Origin: Malacoraja senta
Lineage: Eukaryota
Direction of reading: 5' to 3'
Assembly (NCBI GenBank): GCA_038087875.1
Contig: CM075994.1
Coordinates: 9,364,001-9,428,000, forward strand
Length of the DNA: 64,000 nt
Shown one piece after another: positions 1 to 11,460 of this stretch (its first letter is position 1; the number at the start of each line of letters is the position of its first letter). The notes under the pieces were generated by a model. That model did no database searches, was not told where the DNA came from, and saw only the letters and a list, made by a program, of their open reading frames with translations. Made by a program: the position numbers and the translations under genes.

Positions 1-79
1 AATTCGATCTTTCCTTGCCTCCTCTCCCCTACCTCTGTAAGACCATCCCATAGTCAAAATCACAAGGGGGTTTTCAATA

Positions 80-172
80 AAGGCTCAGAGTGCTGGCGTA
101 ACTCGGCGAGTCGGGCAGCATCTCTGGAGAACACGCACTGGTGCCATTTCCTGTTGGGATCCTTCTTCAGAT
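80..172 (-). mobile_element. Decayed Penelope-derived repeat fragment
   Basis: Resembles the copies at 870-950 and 3248-3339 (gtgctgg..aactc.gcg.gtc.ggcagcatct...ccttcttcag); the hammerhead core is degenerate. Confidence 0.5.
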
Positions 173-253
173 TTCAGGAATTTGAAGACGTCTGTTTGAA
201 AATTTTCCTGTTTTTCTCTCTTGCCCTCAAAGCTCAGCTGTTCAAATCCAAAG

Positions 254-305
254 ATGAATTACCTTGTGGTCCTGGTAGCTGGTCTCATTCTTAGTGCCTC
301 TCCAG
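254..305 (+). CDS. Ly6/uPAR (CD59-like) gene, coding exon 1 (signal peptide)
   Basis: ATG at 254 reads MNYLVVLVAGLILSASP(G), a hydrophobic signal peptide, and ends at a phase-1 donor CAG|GTAAG (306). A polypyrimidine tract and AG at 211-237 imply a 5' UTR exon upstream of the window. Confidence 0.88.
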
Positions 306-915
306 GTAAGGAAATATAACTATTGTTGTTGTCCTCTAGTTTAACTGTGGAAAGGCATTTTAGATTCTCAAGTGGGATTGGAATTCTTGGTTATACATTT
401 AGCTTGTGTGTTCGTTCACATGTAGAGAATTTGTTACTGAATATGGAGTTAGTTATTGTCAAGTCAAGAGTGTTTTATGGTTATATGTCCCAGATAGAAG
501 GAATGGTGATGTTTCAGGTCGAGACCACTGATCCCTCTAATTTTTAGTAGTTCGTGTACGCAGACATCTTGTATAGTGCAATTTTGTTATGCCTGTATTG
601 CCATGCTTTAATATAATACAAATATCATATTTGTAGAAATATTAATGCAATTTATGAAGTTATGTGTTCAGTTAAGATTTTATCCTATACTTTGAAGTTT
701 GAACTCATTTATTCAGTTTGTTGTGCAATTAAATAAAATATCAATGAGTATTTGTTCTCCTCCCCCTCTCCCCTTCCCTTTCCCATTCCCCTCTCCACCC
801 ATCTCTCCCTTTCCCCCATCCGCCCCCTCCCCACCTCCCTCTTCCTCCTCTCCAAGGTCCAATCCCATCTATTTACTCAGCGGACTGGCAGCATCTCCGG
901 AGAGAAGGATTAGGT

Positions 916-943
916 GACGTTTCGGGTTGACACCCTTCTTCAG
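916..943 (-). ncRNA. Minimal hammerhead ribozyme motif in a Penelope-derived repeat
   Basis: Minus strand reads CUGAAGA-A-GGGU-GUCA-ACCC-GAAA-C-GUC: both core boxes, a 4-bp stem II, palindromic ACGU and a GUC triplet. Stem I is weak. Confidence 0.6.
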
Positions 944-1003
944 ACTGAGAGTCAGGAGAAAGGGAAATGACAGAAATAGACCAGTGATGTACAGAGATAT
1001 AGA

Positions 1004-1499
1004 ACAAACAGGTGGTTCCCATTGGCCCCGTTCCCCCAACGTAATATTCCACACTAACAGATAGCCCCTAACTGCCTCTTTTCCCCCCTCTTCTCCTCCC
1101 CTGCACACTCGCTCCCTCACCTCTTCCCTCCCTCTCCTTTCTTCTACCCTCAGCCACTCCCTCCTTCCCTCCATAACCCCTCTACCCTCCCTACACCCCT
1201 TGATGTAATTGAGGGGGGTAACACTGCTGAGGGGCAGACAATATGTAAATGAGATCCCATTGTGATGTCATCGTGGGGAGCATCACTGCTGAGGGGCAGA
1301 GTTGGTTTTAAGTGTTTTTAATGTTTTTAACGTGAATAACTTGTAAAAGGTTGGAACAATCTGAACAAAACTTATTTTTTGTCACATCACAGGACAATGG
1401 TGAGTATGGTGGTGCGAAAATTGTACTGCTATTGTGTACCGTTTTTGTGCAAATATAGGTACAATCTGGACAAACAAACAAGATGAGAGTTTTAGTAAT
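1004..1499 (-). mobile_element. Degenerate non-autonomous Helitron (unit A)
   Basis: Right end aagatgagagttttagtaat matches the family 5' terminus read on the minus strand; left end is a decayed copy of the 3' hairpin region seen at 3663, 7700 and 8917. Confidence 0.55.
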
Positions 1500-1504
1500 G
1501 CACT

Positions 1505-3208
1505 GGAGGAGGGGGGGAGAGAGGAGGGGGGGAGAGAGGAGGGGGGGAGAGAGGAGGGGGGGGAGAGAGGAGGGGGGGGAGAGAGGAGGGGGGGAGAGAG
1601 GAGGGGGGAGAGAGGAGGGGGGGAGAGAGGAGGGGGGAGAGAGGAGGGGGGAGAGAGGAGGGGGGGGAGAGAGGAGGGGGGAGAGAGGAGGGGGGGGAGA
1701 GAGGAGGGGGGGAGAGGAGGGGGGGGAGAGAGGAGGGGGGGGGGAGAGAGGAGGGGGGGAGAGAGGAGGGGGGGAGAGAGGAGGGGGGGGAGAGAGGAGG
1801 GGGGGGGGAGAGAGGAGGGGGGGGAGAGAGGAGGGGGGGAGAGAGGAGGGGGGGGAGAGAGGAGGGGGGGGGAGAGAGGAGGGGGGGAGAGAGGAGGGGG
1901 GGGAGAGAGGAGGGGGGGGAGAGAGAAGGGGGGGAGAGAGGAGGGGGGGAGAGAGGAGGGGGGGGAGAGAGGAGGGGGGGGAGAGAGGAGGGGGGGGAGA
2001 GAGGAGGGGGGGGAGAGAGGAGGGGGGGGAGAGAGGAGGGGGGGGAGAGAGGAGGGGGGGAGAGAGGAGGGGGGGGAGAGAGGAGGGGGGGGAGAGAGGA
2101 GGGGGGGAGAGAGGAGGGGGGGGAGAGAGGAGGGGGGGGAGAGAGGAGGGGGGGGGAGAGAGGGAGGGGGGGAGAGAGGAGGGGGGGAGAGAGGAGGGGG
2201 GGAGAGAGGAGGGGGGGGAGAGAGAGGAGGGGGGGGGGGGAGAGAGGAGGGGGGGGGGAGAGGAGGGGGGGAGAGAGGAGGGGGGGGAGAGAGGAGGGGG
2301 GGAGAGAGGAGGGGGGGGAGAGAGGAGGGGGGGGAGAGAGGAGGGGGGGAGAGAGGAGGGGGGGGAGAGAGGAGGGGGGGGGGAGAGGAGGGGGGGGAGA
2401 GAGGAGGGGGGGGGAGAGAGGAGGGGGGGGAGAGAGGAGGGGGGGGAGAGAGGAGGGGGGGGGAGAGAGGAGGGGGGGGAGAGAGGAGGGGGGGGAGAGA
2501 GGAGGGGGGGGAGAGAGGAGGGGGGGGGAGAGGAGGGGGGGGAGAGAGGAGGGGGGGGAGAGAGGAGGGGGGGAGAGAGGAGGGGGGGGAGAGAGGAGGG
2601 GGGGGGAGAGAGGAGGGGGGGGAGAGAGGAGGGGGGGGGAGTGATGGGGGGGGAGAGGGAGGGGGGGGAGAGAGGAGGGGGGGGAGAGAGGGAGGGGGGG
2701 GGAGAGAGGAGGGGGGGGAGAGAGGAGGGGGGGGAGAGAGGAGGGGGGGAGAGAGGAGGGGGGGGGGAGAGAGGAGGGGGGGGAGAGGAGGGGGGGGAGA
2801 GAGGAGGGGGGGGGAGAGAGGGAGGGGGGGGTGAGGAGGAGGGGGGGGAGAGGAGGGGGGGGGAGAGAGGAGGGGGGGGAGAGAGGAGGGGGGGGAGAGA
2901 GGAGGGGGGGAGAGAGGAGGGGGGGGAGAGAGGAGGGGGGGAGTGAGGTGGGGGGGGAGAGAGGAGGGGGGGGAGAGAGGGGGGAGGGGGGGGTGAGAGG
3001 AGGGGGGGGAGTGAGGAGGGGGGGAGAGAGGTGGGGGGGAGAGAGGAGAGGGGGGAGAGTGGAGAGGGGGGAGAGAGGAGGGGGGGGAGAGAGGAGGGGG
3101 GGGAGAGAGGAGGGGGGGGAGAGAGGAGGGGGGGGAGAGAGGAGGGGGGGGAGAGAGGAGGGGGGGGGAGAGAGGAGGGGGGGAGGAGAGAGGAGGGGGG
3201 GGAGAGAG
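1505..3208. repeat. 1.7-kb polypurine minisatellite, ~(GAGAGAGGAGGGGGGG)n
   Basis: Almost pure G/A, ~15-18 bp unit with a variable G-run. Confidence 0.97.
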
Positions 3209-3247
3209 TGCTCTAGTACAGGGCCCGACTCTAGTAATAAGCTAAGG

Positions 3248-3339
3248 TAGACAAAAGTGCTGGAGAAACTCAGCGGGTGCAGCAGCATCTATGGAGCAAA
3301 AGAAATAGGCAACGTTTCGGGCCGAAACCTTTCTTCAGT
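3248..3339 (-). mobile_element. Penelope-derived repeat with hammerhead-like core (3311-3338)
   Basis: Minus strand reads CUGAAGA-AAGGUUUCGGCCC-GAAA-C-GUU followed by gcctatttc...gatgctgctgcacccgctgagtttctccagcac. Confidence 0.6.
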
Positions 3340-3662
3340 AAAAAGCTCTCGGGAATTGTCGGGAAAGCCGAGCCCGAGACGAGCGTGCGTCGACCTCGGA
3401 AGCACTCGGAAAGTCTCGGAAGCGCCTTCGGAAGCCATCGGGATGTGCAGAACAGAGCCACTTAGTTGTTCTTTCTGCGTCTTTTGAAGAATCGAGGGGT
3501 GGGAGAACAGAGGCTGCCCGTTGGAAATTCTGCGCAGCTTGCCAAGAGGAGCAAAGGCATTGTGACGTCATCCAGCTCGCTTCAGCATGTTAGATTTAAA
3601 AAATATGTCAGAGTGGTGAGGAATTTTATTAAAAAACTCGGGAAATAAAGAATCAAAGTATA

Positions 3663-6600
3663 CTAGACCAAGTGCAGACCCGTTGGGTCTGTTCCCCCAA
3701 CGTGCGTTTGCGGGTGTGGGGGGGGGCGGCATGCGGCGTCACACACCAACTACCCTCCCGCTCACACGCTAACTACCCCCCTTGATATTATATTCATATT
3801 ATTAATATGCTCTCACCCCATAAAGGCCCTATCCACTGACGCATAGCCCCCAACTTGCAGGCGCGTCTAGAGAGGGAGGGGGGCGGGGTAGAGAGTCAGG
3901 GCAGAGAGAGAATGGGGAGAGACAGGAGAGAAAGGGGCAGAGGCAGAAGGGCAAACATAGAAACATAGAAAATAGGTGCAGGAGGAGGCCATTTGGCACT
4001 TCGAGCCAGCATCGCCATTCATTGTGATCATGGCTGATCATCCACTATCAATAACCCGTGCCTGCTTTCTCCCCATATCCTTGACTCCACTAGCCCCAAG
4101 AGCTCCATCTAACTCTCTCTTAAATCCATCCAGTGATTTGGCCTCCACTGCCCTCTGTGGCAGGGAATTCTATAAATTTCTCATCTCAGTCTTAATGACC
4201 TCCCCTTTATTCTAGGACTGTGGCCCCTGGTTCTGGACTCACCCAAAATTAGGAACATTTTTCCTGCATCTAGCTAGTCCAGTTCTTATAAAATTATATG
4301 TTTCTATAAGATTCCCCCTCATCCTTCTCAACTCCAGTGAATACAAGCCTAGTCTTTTCAATCTTTCCTCATATGACAGTCCCGCCATCCCAGGGGATTA
4401 ATCTCGTGAACCTACGCTGCACTGCCTCAATCACAAGGATGTCCTTCCTTAAATTAGGAGACCAAAACTGTACACAATACTCCAGATGTGGTCTCACCAG
4501 AGCCCTTTATAACTGCAGAAGAACCTCTTTACTCCTATACTGAAATCCTCTTGTTATGAAGGCCAACATTCATTAGCTTTCATCACTGCCTGCTGTACCT
4601 TGCACGCCAACTTTGAGGTGACCGGTGTACAAGGACACCCAGGTCTCGCTGTAAACCCCCCTTACCTAACCTAACCCCATTGAGATAATAATCTGCCCCC
4701 TTGTTTTTGCCGCAAAAGTGGATAACCCCACATTTATCTATATTATACTGCGTCTGCCACGCATCTGCCCACTCACTCAACCTGTCCAGGTCACCCTGCA
4801 ACCTCCTAACATCCTCTTCACAGTTCACACTGCCTCCCATCTTTGTGTCATCCGCAAACTTGCTAGTGTTGCTCCTAATTCCCTCTTCAAATCATTAATA
4901 TATATGGTAAACAGTTGCGGCCCCAACACACAGCCTTGCGGCACTCCACTCGCCACTGCCTGTCATTCTGAAAAGGACCCGTTCACTCCTACTCTTTGCT
5001 TCCGGTCTGCCAACCAATTATCTATCCATGTCAACACCCTACCCCCAATACCATGTGCTCTAATTTTAGTCTCCAGTCTCCCGTGCGGGACCTTATCAAA
5101 GGCTTTCTGAAAGTCTAGATACACTACATCCACTGGCACCCCTTCATCCATTTTGCTTGTCACATCCTCAAAAATTCCAGAAGATTAGTCAAGCATGATT
5201 TCCTTTCATAAATCCATGTTGACTTGGACTAATCCTTTTAATGCTATCCAAATGCCCATTATTACCTCTTTAATAATTGACTCCAGCATCTTTCCCACCA
5301 CCGATGTCAGGCTAACTGGTCTGTAATTCCTCGTTTTCTCTCTCGCACCTTTCTTGGGATAACATTAGCTATCCTCCAATCCACAGGAACTGATCCTGAA
5401 TCTATTAAACATTGGAAAATTATCACCAATGTGTCCACTATTTCTGGAGCCACCTCCCTGAGGACCCTGGGATGCAGACCATCAGGCTCAGGGGATTTAT
5501 CATCCTTCAGTTCCATTAGCCTACCGAATACTATTTCTCGCCTAATGAAAATTTATTTCGGTTCCTCTACCCCCTTAGATCCTCTATCCTCCAGTACCTG
5601 GGAGATTGTTTGTGTCTTCCTTAGTGAAGACAGATCCGAAGTACCTATTCAACTCTTCTGCCATTTCCTTGTTGCCCATAATGATTTCACCCATGTCTGC
5701 CTTCAAGGGATCCACATTGACTTTGCTACTCTTTTTCCCTTAACATAGCAGGGGGGTGGGGGAGTGGAAGGGGGGAGAGAGGGAGGTGGGAGAGTGAGAG
5801 GGGAGAGGGGGAGAGAGGGGGGAGAGAGAGAGGGGGGAGAGAGAGAGGGGGGAGAGAGAGAGGGGGGGAGAGAGAGAGGGGGGTAGAGAGAGAGAGAGAG
5901 GGGGGAGAGAGAGAGGGGGAAAGATAGAGAGAGCAAAATGCAACCGTGCGTCACGCATTCAGAATGTCCTGGAAATGAAGCGTGTGTGTCTCATGCACGA
6001 AAGCTGTCAGCATGAGGACACGCACGAATTCAGCGGAGGAGCATGCCGCGCCACACCCACACTAACCACCACCCCGACACACACACATACAGCGGGCCCG
6101 ATATAAGGTGTCAATGAAGACAGTAATTTTTTTTAACTGTCTTTGAAATTAAAAGTTAATGTTAAGAATTAGTGATGTTAAGTGGGAAATAATTAAATTC
6201 AATTCAATGAAAAACAATGGATCAACAATAATTAGTGGAGTTAATGAGAAACAATAAAATTCAATGCAATGAAAAAAGAAATAAACAATTGCTCTTGGCC
6301 CACGAGGCAGGTGGGCCAAGAGCAAAGGCATTGTGAGGTCAGCAGCTGGGCAACTGTTATTTTTTTTTAAATGTCAGTTTGGTGATAAACTTTAGTAAAA
6401 TATCTCGGGAAATAATTGACCAAATTTATAGAGGATTGGATTTTTGAAATCATAAGGATAATTTATACCAGAAGATGTTAAAAAATCACTATTATTGTAA
6501 TGTTAGCAGCTGGTCAGCGGTTCAGATTAAAAAAAAGATCAGATTGGTCAACAATTTTAATACAAAAAGTCGGGAAAATAATATATCAATGTACAGAGGA

Positions 6601-6743
6601 GTAGATTTCTAAATCACAAGGAAGATCTCTACTGAAACAAGTAAAAATGCCCCGTTTCGGCATCTGGTTTTCGAGGAGATACGTTTCAAAGGCAAAATGA
6701 CACCCCCCCCCCCCCACCCCCTCCCACACACAGTTTTAATAGA
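3663..6743 (-). mobile_element. Non-autonomous Helitron (unit B), interrupted by a CR1
   Basis: Minus-strand 3' end cagaccc-aac-gggtctg hairpin + 8 nt + CTAG|T; 5' end A|TCTATTAAAAC at 6743. Confidence 0.75.
3953..5747 (-). mobile_element. CR1 LINE, 5'-truncated and frameshifted
   Basis: RT fragments ([24 protein letters not shown]) and CR1 3' tail ending in octamer repeats (aacatagaaacatagaaa). Confidence 0.92.
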
Positions 6744-6745
6744 TA

Positions 6746-7218
6746 CTAGACCAAGTGCAGACCCGTTGGGTCTGGTCCCTGAAAGTGCTTGACACCCCGG
6801 GGTGTTGTTCCCGAACGTGCTTCAGACCCCGGGGTGAAAATCTGCTGAAAAAAAGATGGCGTCGTTTTCGAAAAAATTGGAGAAAATTGGCGAAAAAAGA
6901 TGGCGTCGTTTTCGGAGAAAATCGGGGGAAAAAAGATGGCGTCGTTTTCGGAGAAATCGGAGAAATCGGAGAAAATCACATGGGGATGGGGGGGGATGGA
7001 TTTTATTTTAAAAAAACGTGTACATAAACAGGAACGAATTTAATCAGGAGTGGCTATTCGTAAAGATAAATGTCATCTCTTTGGAAATGGTAAAAAATAT
7101 GGGCCTTTCCGCACGCTGTGGTGGGCCAGGGGCGGTATCAAAGGCGGCGTACAGACGTACAGACGTACAGACGTACAGACGTACAGACGGACGACAGCCA
7201 GAGAGTTTTAAAAGTATA
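6746..7218 (-). mobile_element. Short non-autonomous Helitron (unit C)
   Basis: Same CTAG plus hairpin end as unit B; internal aagatggcgtcgttttc repeats and (cagacgta)n; tandem paralogue of unit D. Confidence 0.75.
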
Positions 7219-7648
7219 CTAGACCAAGTGCAGACCCGTTGGGTCTGGTCCCCGAAAGTGCTTGACACCCCTGGGTGTTTTTTCCGAACGTGCTTCAGAC
7301 CCCTGGGGTGAAAATCGGCGAAAAAAGGATGGCGTCGTTTTTGGAAAAAATCGGGGAAAAAAAATATGGCGTCGTTTTCGGAGAAAATCGGAGACAATCG
7401 GAGAAAATCACATTGGGGTTGGGGGGGGGATGGATTTTATTAAAAAATCGTGTACATAAACAGGACAGAATTTAATCAGGAGTGGCTTTTTGTAAAGATA
7501 AATGTAATCTCTTTGGAAATGGTCAAAAATATGGGCCTTTCCGCGCGCTGTGTGGGCGCAGGGCGGTGTCAAAGGCCGCGCGGCAAGCAGAACGTTGGAC
7601 GTACAGCCGCACGGACGGACGACAGCCAGAGAGTTTTAAAGTATAAGA
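7219..7648 (-). mobile_element. Short non-autonomous Helitron (unit D)
   Basis: CTAG at 7219-7222 plus hairpin; 5' TCTTATACTTTAAAAC at 7648; followed by (GATA)n. Confidence 0.75.
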
Positions 7649-7699
7649 AGATAGATAGATATAGATAGATAGATAGATAGATATGATGATAGATAGATA

Positions 7700-8916
7700 A
7701 TAGACCAAGTGGGACCATAGGGTCCCTGCCAGATGGGAGGGCTGGTCCCCCCACGCAACCCATTACCCCAACGCAATATTCCACCACTCACCCATAGCCT
7801 CCAGCTGCGCAGGGGCTGCTCATTAGCCTTAGGCACCCTCCCTCATTTTAAACTTTAAAAAAAATGCAATTGCACTTGCTAGCTGGCAGAGCTCAGTGTA
7901 CTGTGACTTAAAAAAATGCAATTGCACTTTAAAAAATCTTTGCTGCCAGGAATATACTTGCTGCCAGGAATATTAAAAAAAAGGGATTGCAATATTCTAG
8001 CTTGCAATTGCACTTGCTAGTGTTGGCAGGACTAAAAGGCCTGTCTCACGAGTCTGCGGTCATTGGCGGCGAAACGGAAGAATCTGCCGCCAATGACCGC
8101 GCACTCGTGAGAACGTACAATTCGCGGGCCGTGCGGCGGTGTTCCCAACACCGCGCGGTGCTAAAATAAAATCGACAATGTCGAAAACCAAATACTCACC
8201 GCACAACCTCCACCAGTGATGCACAAGTGCGGCACGGCCGCACGCACGGGCCGCCGCCAGTGTGGCTCGAGCGCCGTGCGTCAAACCTCCACTGCCACAG
8301 CCTCCGCCAGTGAGGCACGTGTGCTGCACGGCCGCAGGCACAGCCACCGCTACAGCGCCGCGATCAGGATGGCCGCCGCCACAGCCGTCGCTGGTGAGTC
8401 ACGTGCGGCGGGCCGACGTCATCGCAGTCGGCCCGCCCTTTTATTCACTTACCGCAAGCACTTGGGACCCGCCGTGTTTGAATTAACTCGGCCCCCGCGC
8501 AGCATCCGTGCGGCGCTCCGGTGGATAGGCTCGACGCTCTCGCCGTTGCCGCGCGGTCCTCGCTACCGGCGATGCCGCGCCTCACCGCCGATGACCGCAA
8601 ACAGGTAAGACAGAGCCTTAAGTGTCCCGGGATTGCAACATTGTAGCTGGTAGTGTTACCATTCCATTGTGAAGTCATAGCTGCAGAGGAAAGATTTTTT
8701 CTCAAATTTTGATTTTTTAATTAAAAAATGTGAAATAATTTGTGAAATATAACATCAATGTGAACGAAACTTGATACAAGCCACCACATGACAATTGTGA
8801 GTAAGGTTGTGCCAAAATATCTTGCGCTACCATGTACCGTTTTGGCATAGTTCTGTGATTACAATTACACAGACACATACACACACGCGCATAGAAACAA
8901 GAGTTTTAGTAATATA
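7700..8916 (-). mobile_element. Non-autonomous Helitron (unit E) containing a Harbinger-type MITE
   Basis: Hairpin gggacc-atag-ggtccc beside a mutated CTAG; 5' end gagttttagtaatata. Confidence 0.65.
8036..8618. mobile_element. PIF/Harbinger-type MITE
   Basis: Imperfect ~37-bp TIRs (aaggcctgtctcacgagtctgcggtcattggcgg / ccgccgatgaccgcaaacaggtaagacagagcct) flanked by TAA at 8033-8035 and 8619-8621; GC- and CpG-rich interior. Confidence 0.75.
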
Positions 8917-9254
8917 TTAGACTAAGTGGGACACATTGGGTCCCATGTGAGTGCTGGTCCCCCATCGCAATATTCCACCTCTCCACTAATTCCAATATTG
9001 GTGGCCAGTGGGGGGGGGGGGCTTTCTTGAGCGCTAGTATGGGTGTTGTGGACTGAATGGACTGGCTTCCAGAGGGCTAGTATGAATATTGTGGGCAGAA
9101 TGGATTCTTGGCCAGGCAGCTCAGTCACTGAGGCCTGGCAGTACACTCTCTCGGACCTGGCAGGCTGGCAGCTGAGAAACTGCCAGAAATTCTGCCCAAT
9201 AACAGGTGACAGACTGTGAGAGAGAAGGGGGAGAGGATGGACTGAATGGATTAT

Positions 9255-9627
9255 TGGGCTGGCACTTCAGTCACTTATGGCTGGTAGGCTGGCAGTTCAC
9301 TTTCTCACGGCTCGTGGGCTGGCAGTGCAGTCACTCATGGCTGGTGGGCTGGCAGTTCAGTCACTTACAGCTGGTGGGCTGGCAGTTCACGTAGTCACAG
9401 CTGGTGGGCTGGCAGTTCAGTCACTTACAGCTGGTGGGCTGGCAGTTCACTTACTCACGGCTGGTGGGCTGGCTGTACAGTCACTCATGGCTGGTGGGCT
9501 GGCAGTTCAGTCACTGACAGCTGGTGGGCTAGCACTTCACTTAGTCGTGGCTGGTGGGCTGGCAATGCAGTCACTCTCGGCTGGTGGGCTGGCAGTTCAG
9601 TCACTCACAGCTGATGGGCTGGCAGTA
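9255..9627. repeat. 30-bp minisatellite inside Helitron F
   Basis: ~12 copies of ggctggtgggctggcagttcagtcactcac with alternating cagtcact/cacttact variants. Confidence 0.9.
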
Positions 9628-10029
9628 TCCTTAAAAAAATCGCAAACCGTACGTGGGTTTTGAATTGCATTTTACTCAGATGCAAGGCAAGGAATGGCAT
9701 AATTGTTAGCTGTTAATTGGACATAATCAACCTCAGCAAATTGACAATATCCTATTGACAGGGAGTGGATGTTTAAGCTGTCAGGCCATTTTATTATTTG
9801 CCAAAATATACATCTCAATATCATAATGATAGAAAACGTACTTTTCCACACCCCACTTGTAAGTCTGGGAGATTTTTTTAATGATAAATCTAGCTTCAGA
9901 AGCGTTTCTTTTGCATGTAAAAACCCACTTCAGAACCATGGGTGATTTTAGAATTTTACAGCCAGATTTATCACTTCTGAAACTTTTAGATACCAAAGGA
10001 ATCAAGAAAAAACACAAATAATGCCTTAC

Positions 10030-10250
10030 TCGTGATGAAATGTAGTGAGCAAACGCGATAATTCCCAATATTTTCAATCTCGATATTTGCACGGCCAATG
10101 TTCGAAAAGCACTTTAGCTGTTGTTGTCCTTTAAGCACTCGCTTCTTTTTACCTTCATTTCTCTTCACTTTTGGAATTCTGAAGTAGGATAGACGTCTCT
10201 CACGGTTACCCTGACTTCCACAATTATTTACACCACAAAAAAATCACCAT
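10030..10250 (-). pseudogene. THAP-domain exon of a DNA transposon, captured in Helitron F
   Basis: Removing one T from a T7 run gives MVIFCGVNNCGSQGNRERRLSYFRIPKVKRNEG...NIGRANIEIENIGNYRVCSLHFIT followed by A|GTAAG; pattern C-x4-C...P...C-x2-H-F. Confidence 0.8.
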
Positions 10251-10389
10251 TTTGGCGGTTTTTAACAGGTAGGAAAGTACGCATTTCGTGTATTAACAAC
10301 ATATACCGGAAGCTGCGACGTCCTCCTGATGGATTGAGCGGTTCCGTTCGTCAAGCCCTTTCACCCGGAGACCTTATGAGCAACCCCCT

Positions 10390-10591
10390 ATACACACACA
10401 CAGACTCTCAGACACACACTCACACACAGACTCACTCACACACAGACACACACACACGCACACACACAGGCTCACACACACACAGACAAACAAACACAAA
10501 CTCACACACACACACAGACACACTCACACACAAACAGGCTCACTCACAGCCACATACATACACACATACACACACCCACACACACACACAA
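10390..10591. repeat. Imperfect (CA)n microsatellite
   Basis: Direct reading. Confidence 0.95.
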
Positions 10592-10904
10592 TACTAAAAT
10601 GCCAAGTAACTTAAGAATGTGCTGAACATACAGTGTGTAAACCGAATGATTCAAACGCTTAAAGCCTCCTGTCGAGGCTGCTGCTGAAGCAAAAACGTGC
10701 TTTAAATAACGTCCAACAAACACACTCACCATAGACAGAGCAGTAAGTTCTCTTGAATTATTCAACGACGTCTTCACTCTGTGCCTTCTGCTGTCAGCGC
10801 CATCTTGCCACTAAGCGGAAGTCATGGAATGAGTGCCAATTTTGCAATTGAACACAGTCCTGATCTAATCATATGCTTATTCACGCTTTATCCATCTGAA
10901 AGCT

Positions 10905-11325
10905 GTTGAAAGCCCTTTAAAAGACAAGCCAATCGGGCAAACGCTTTGCAAGGCAACAAACACGTTTTCTGAAAGCCCTTTAAAAAGCCAAGCCAATTGG
11001 GCAAACGCTTTGCAGGCCAACAAACACGTTTTCAGAAAGCCCTTTACAAAGCCAAGCCAATTGGGTAAACGCTTTGCAAGCCAACAAACACGTTTTCTGA
11101 AAGCCCTTTAAAAAGACAAGCCAATTGGGCAAACGCTTTGCAAGCCAACAAACACGTTTTCTGAAAGCCCTTTAAAAAGCCAAGCCAATTGGGCAAACGC
11201 TTTGCAAGCCAACAAACACGTTTTCTGAAAGCCCTTTAAAAAGCCAAGCCAATTGGGCAAACGCTTTGCAAGCCAACAAACACGTTTTCTGAAAGCCCTT
11301 TAAAAAGTCAAGCCAATTGGGCAAA
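10905..11325. repeat. 60-bp tandem repeat inside Helitron F
   Basis: ~7 copies of aagccaattgggcaaacgctttgcaagccaacaaacacgttttctgaaagccctttaaaaag.. Confidence 0.92.
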
Positions 11326-11340
11326 AACCACATCGAGGGG

Positions 11341-11460
11341 ACTCACCGTAAAGTAGACTGCGTTCAGTGTTATTCGCACCTCAGAGAGCCGTGATTCTCT
11401 CGCTTCCTCCATCTCGCAGAGACTGAGTGAGGCACGACACTTCCGGGATTTATAGTCCCT
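11341..11460 (-). promoter_or_regulatory. Promoter-like head of Helitron F (TATA, ETS, Inr, splice donor)
   Basis: Minus strand TATAAA (11454-11449), CCGGAAGT, TCAGT with its A 30 nt from the TATA start, then CG|GTGAGT at 11346. Similar layout in unit H; partly deleted in G. Confidence 0.5.

Noticed and set aside
1434..3288. Long G/E/R-rich and P/L/S-rich ORFs resembling extensin or RGG proteins
   Set aside because: They result from a stop-free purine minisatellite that is open in several frames on both strands.
8060..8608. GC-rich ORFs or a CpG-island promoter
   Set aside because: Fully contained within a TIR/TSD-bounded MITE, with no recognisable protein.
9206..9663. Repetitive ORFs (AGGLAVQSLT)n, also at 26089-26627 and 59368-59922
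   Set aside because: Translations of 30-bp and 48-bp minisatellites inside Helitrons, with no gene structure.
10905..11325. Regularly spaced repeats as a possible CRISPR array (also 17052-17172 and 59815-60340)
   Set aside because: The units are contiguous without unique spacers, there are no cas genes, and the context is eukaryotic.
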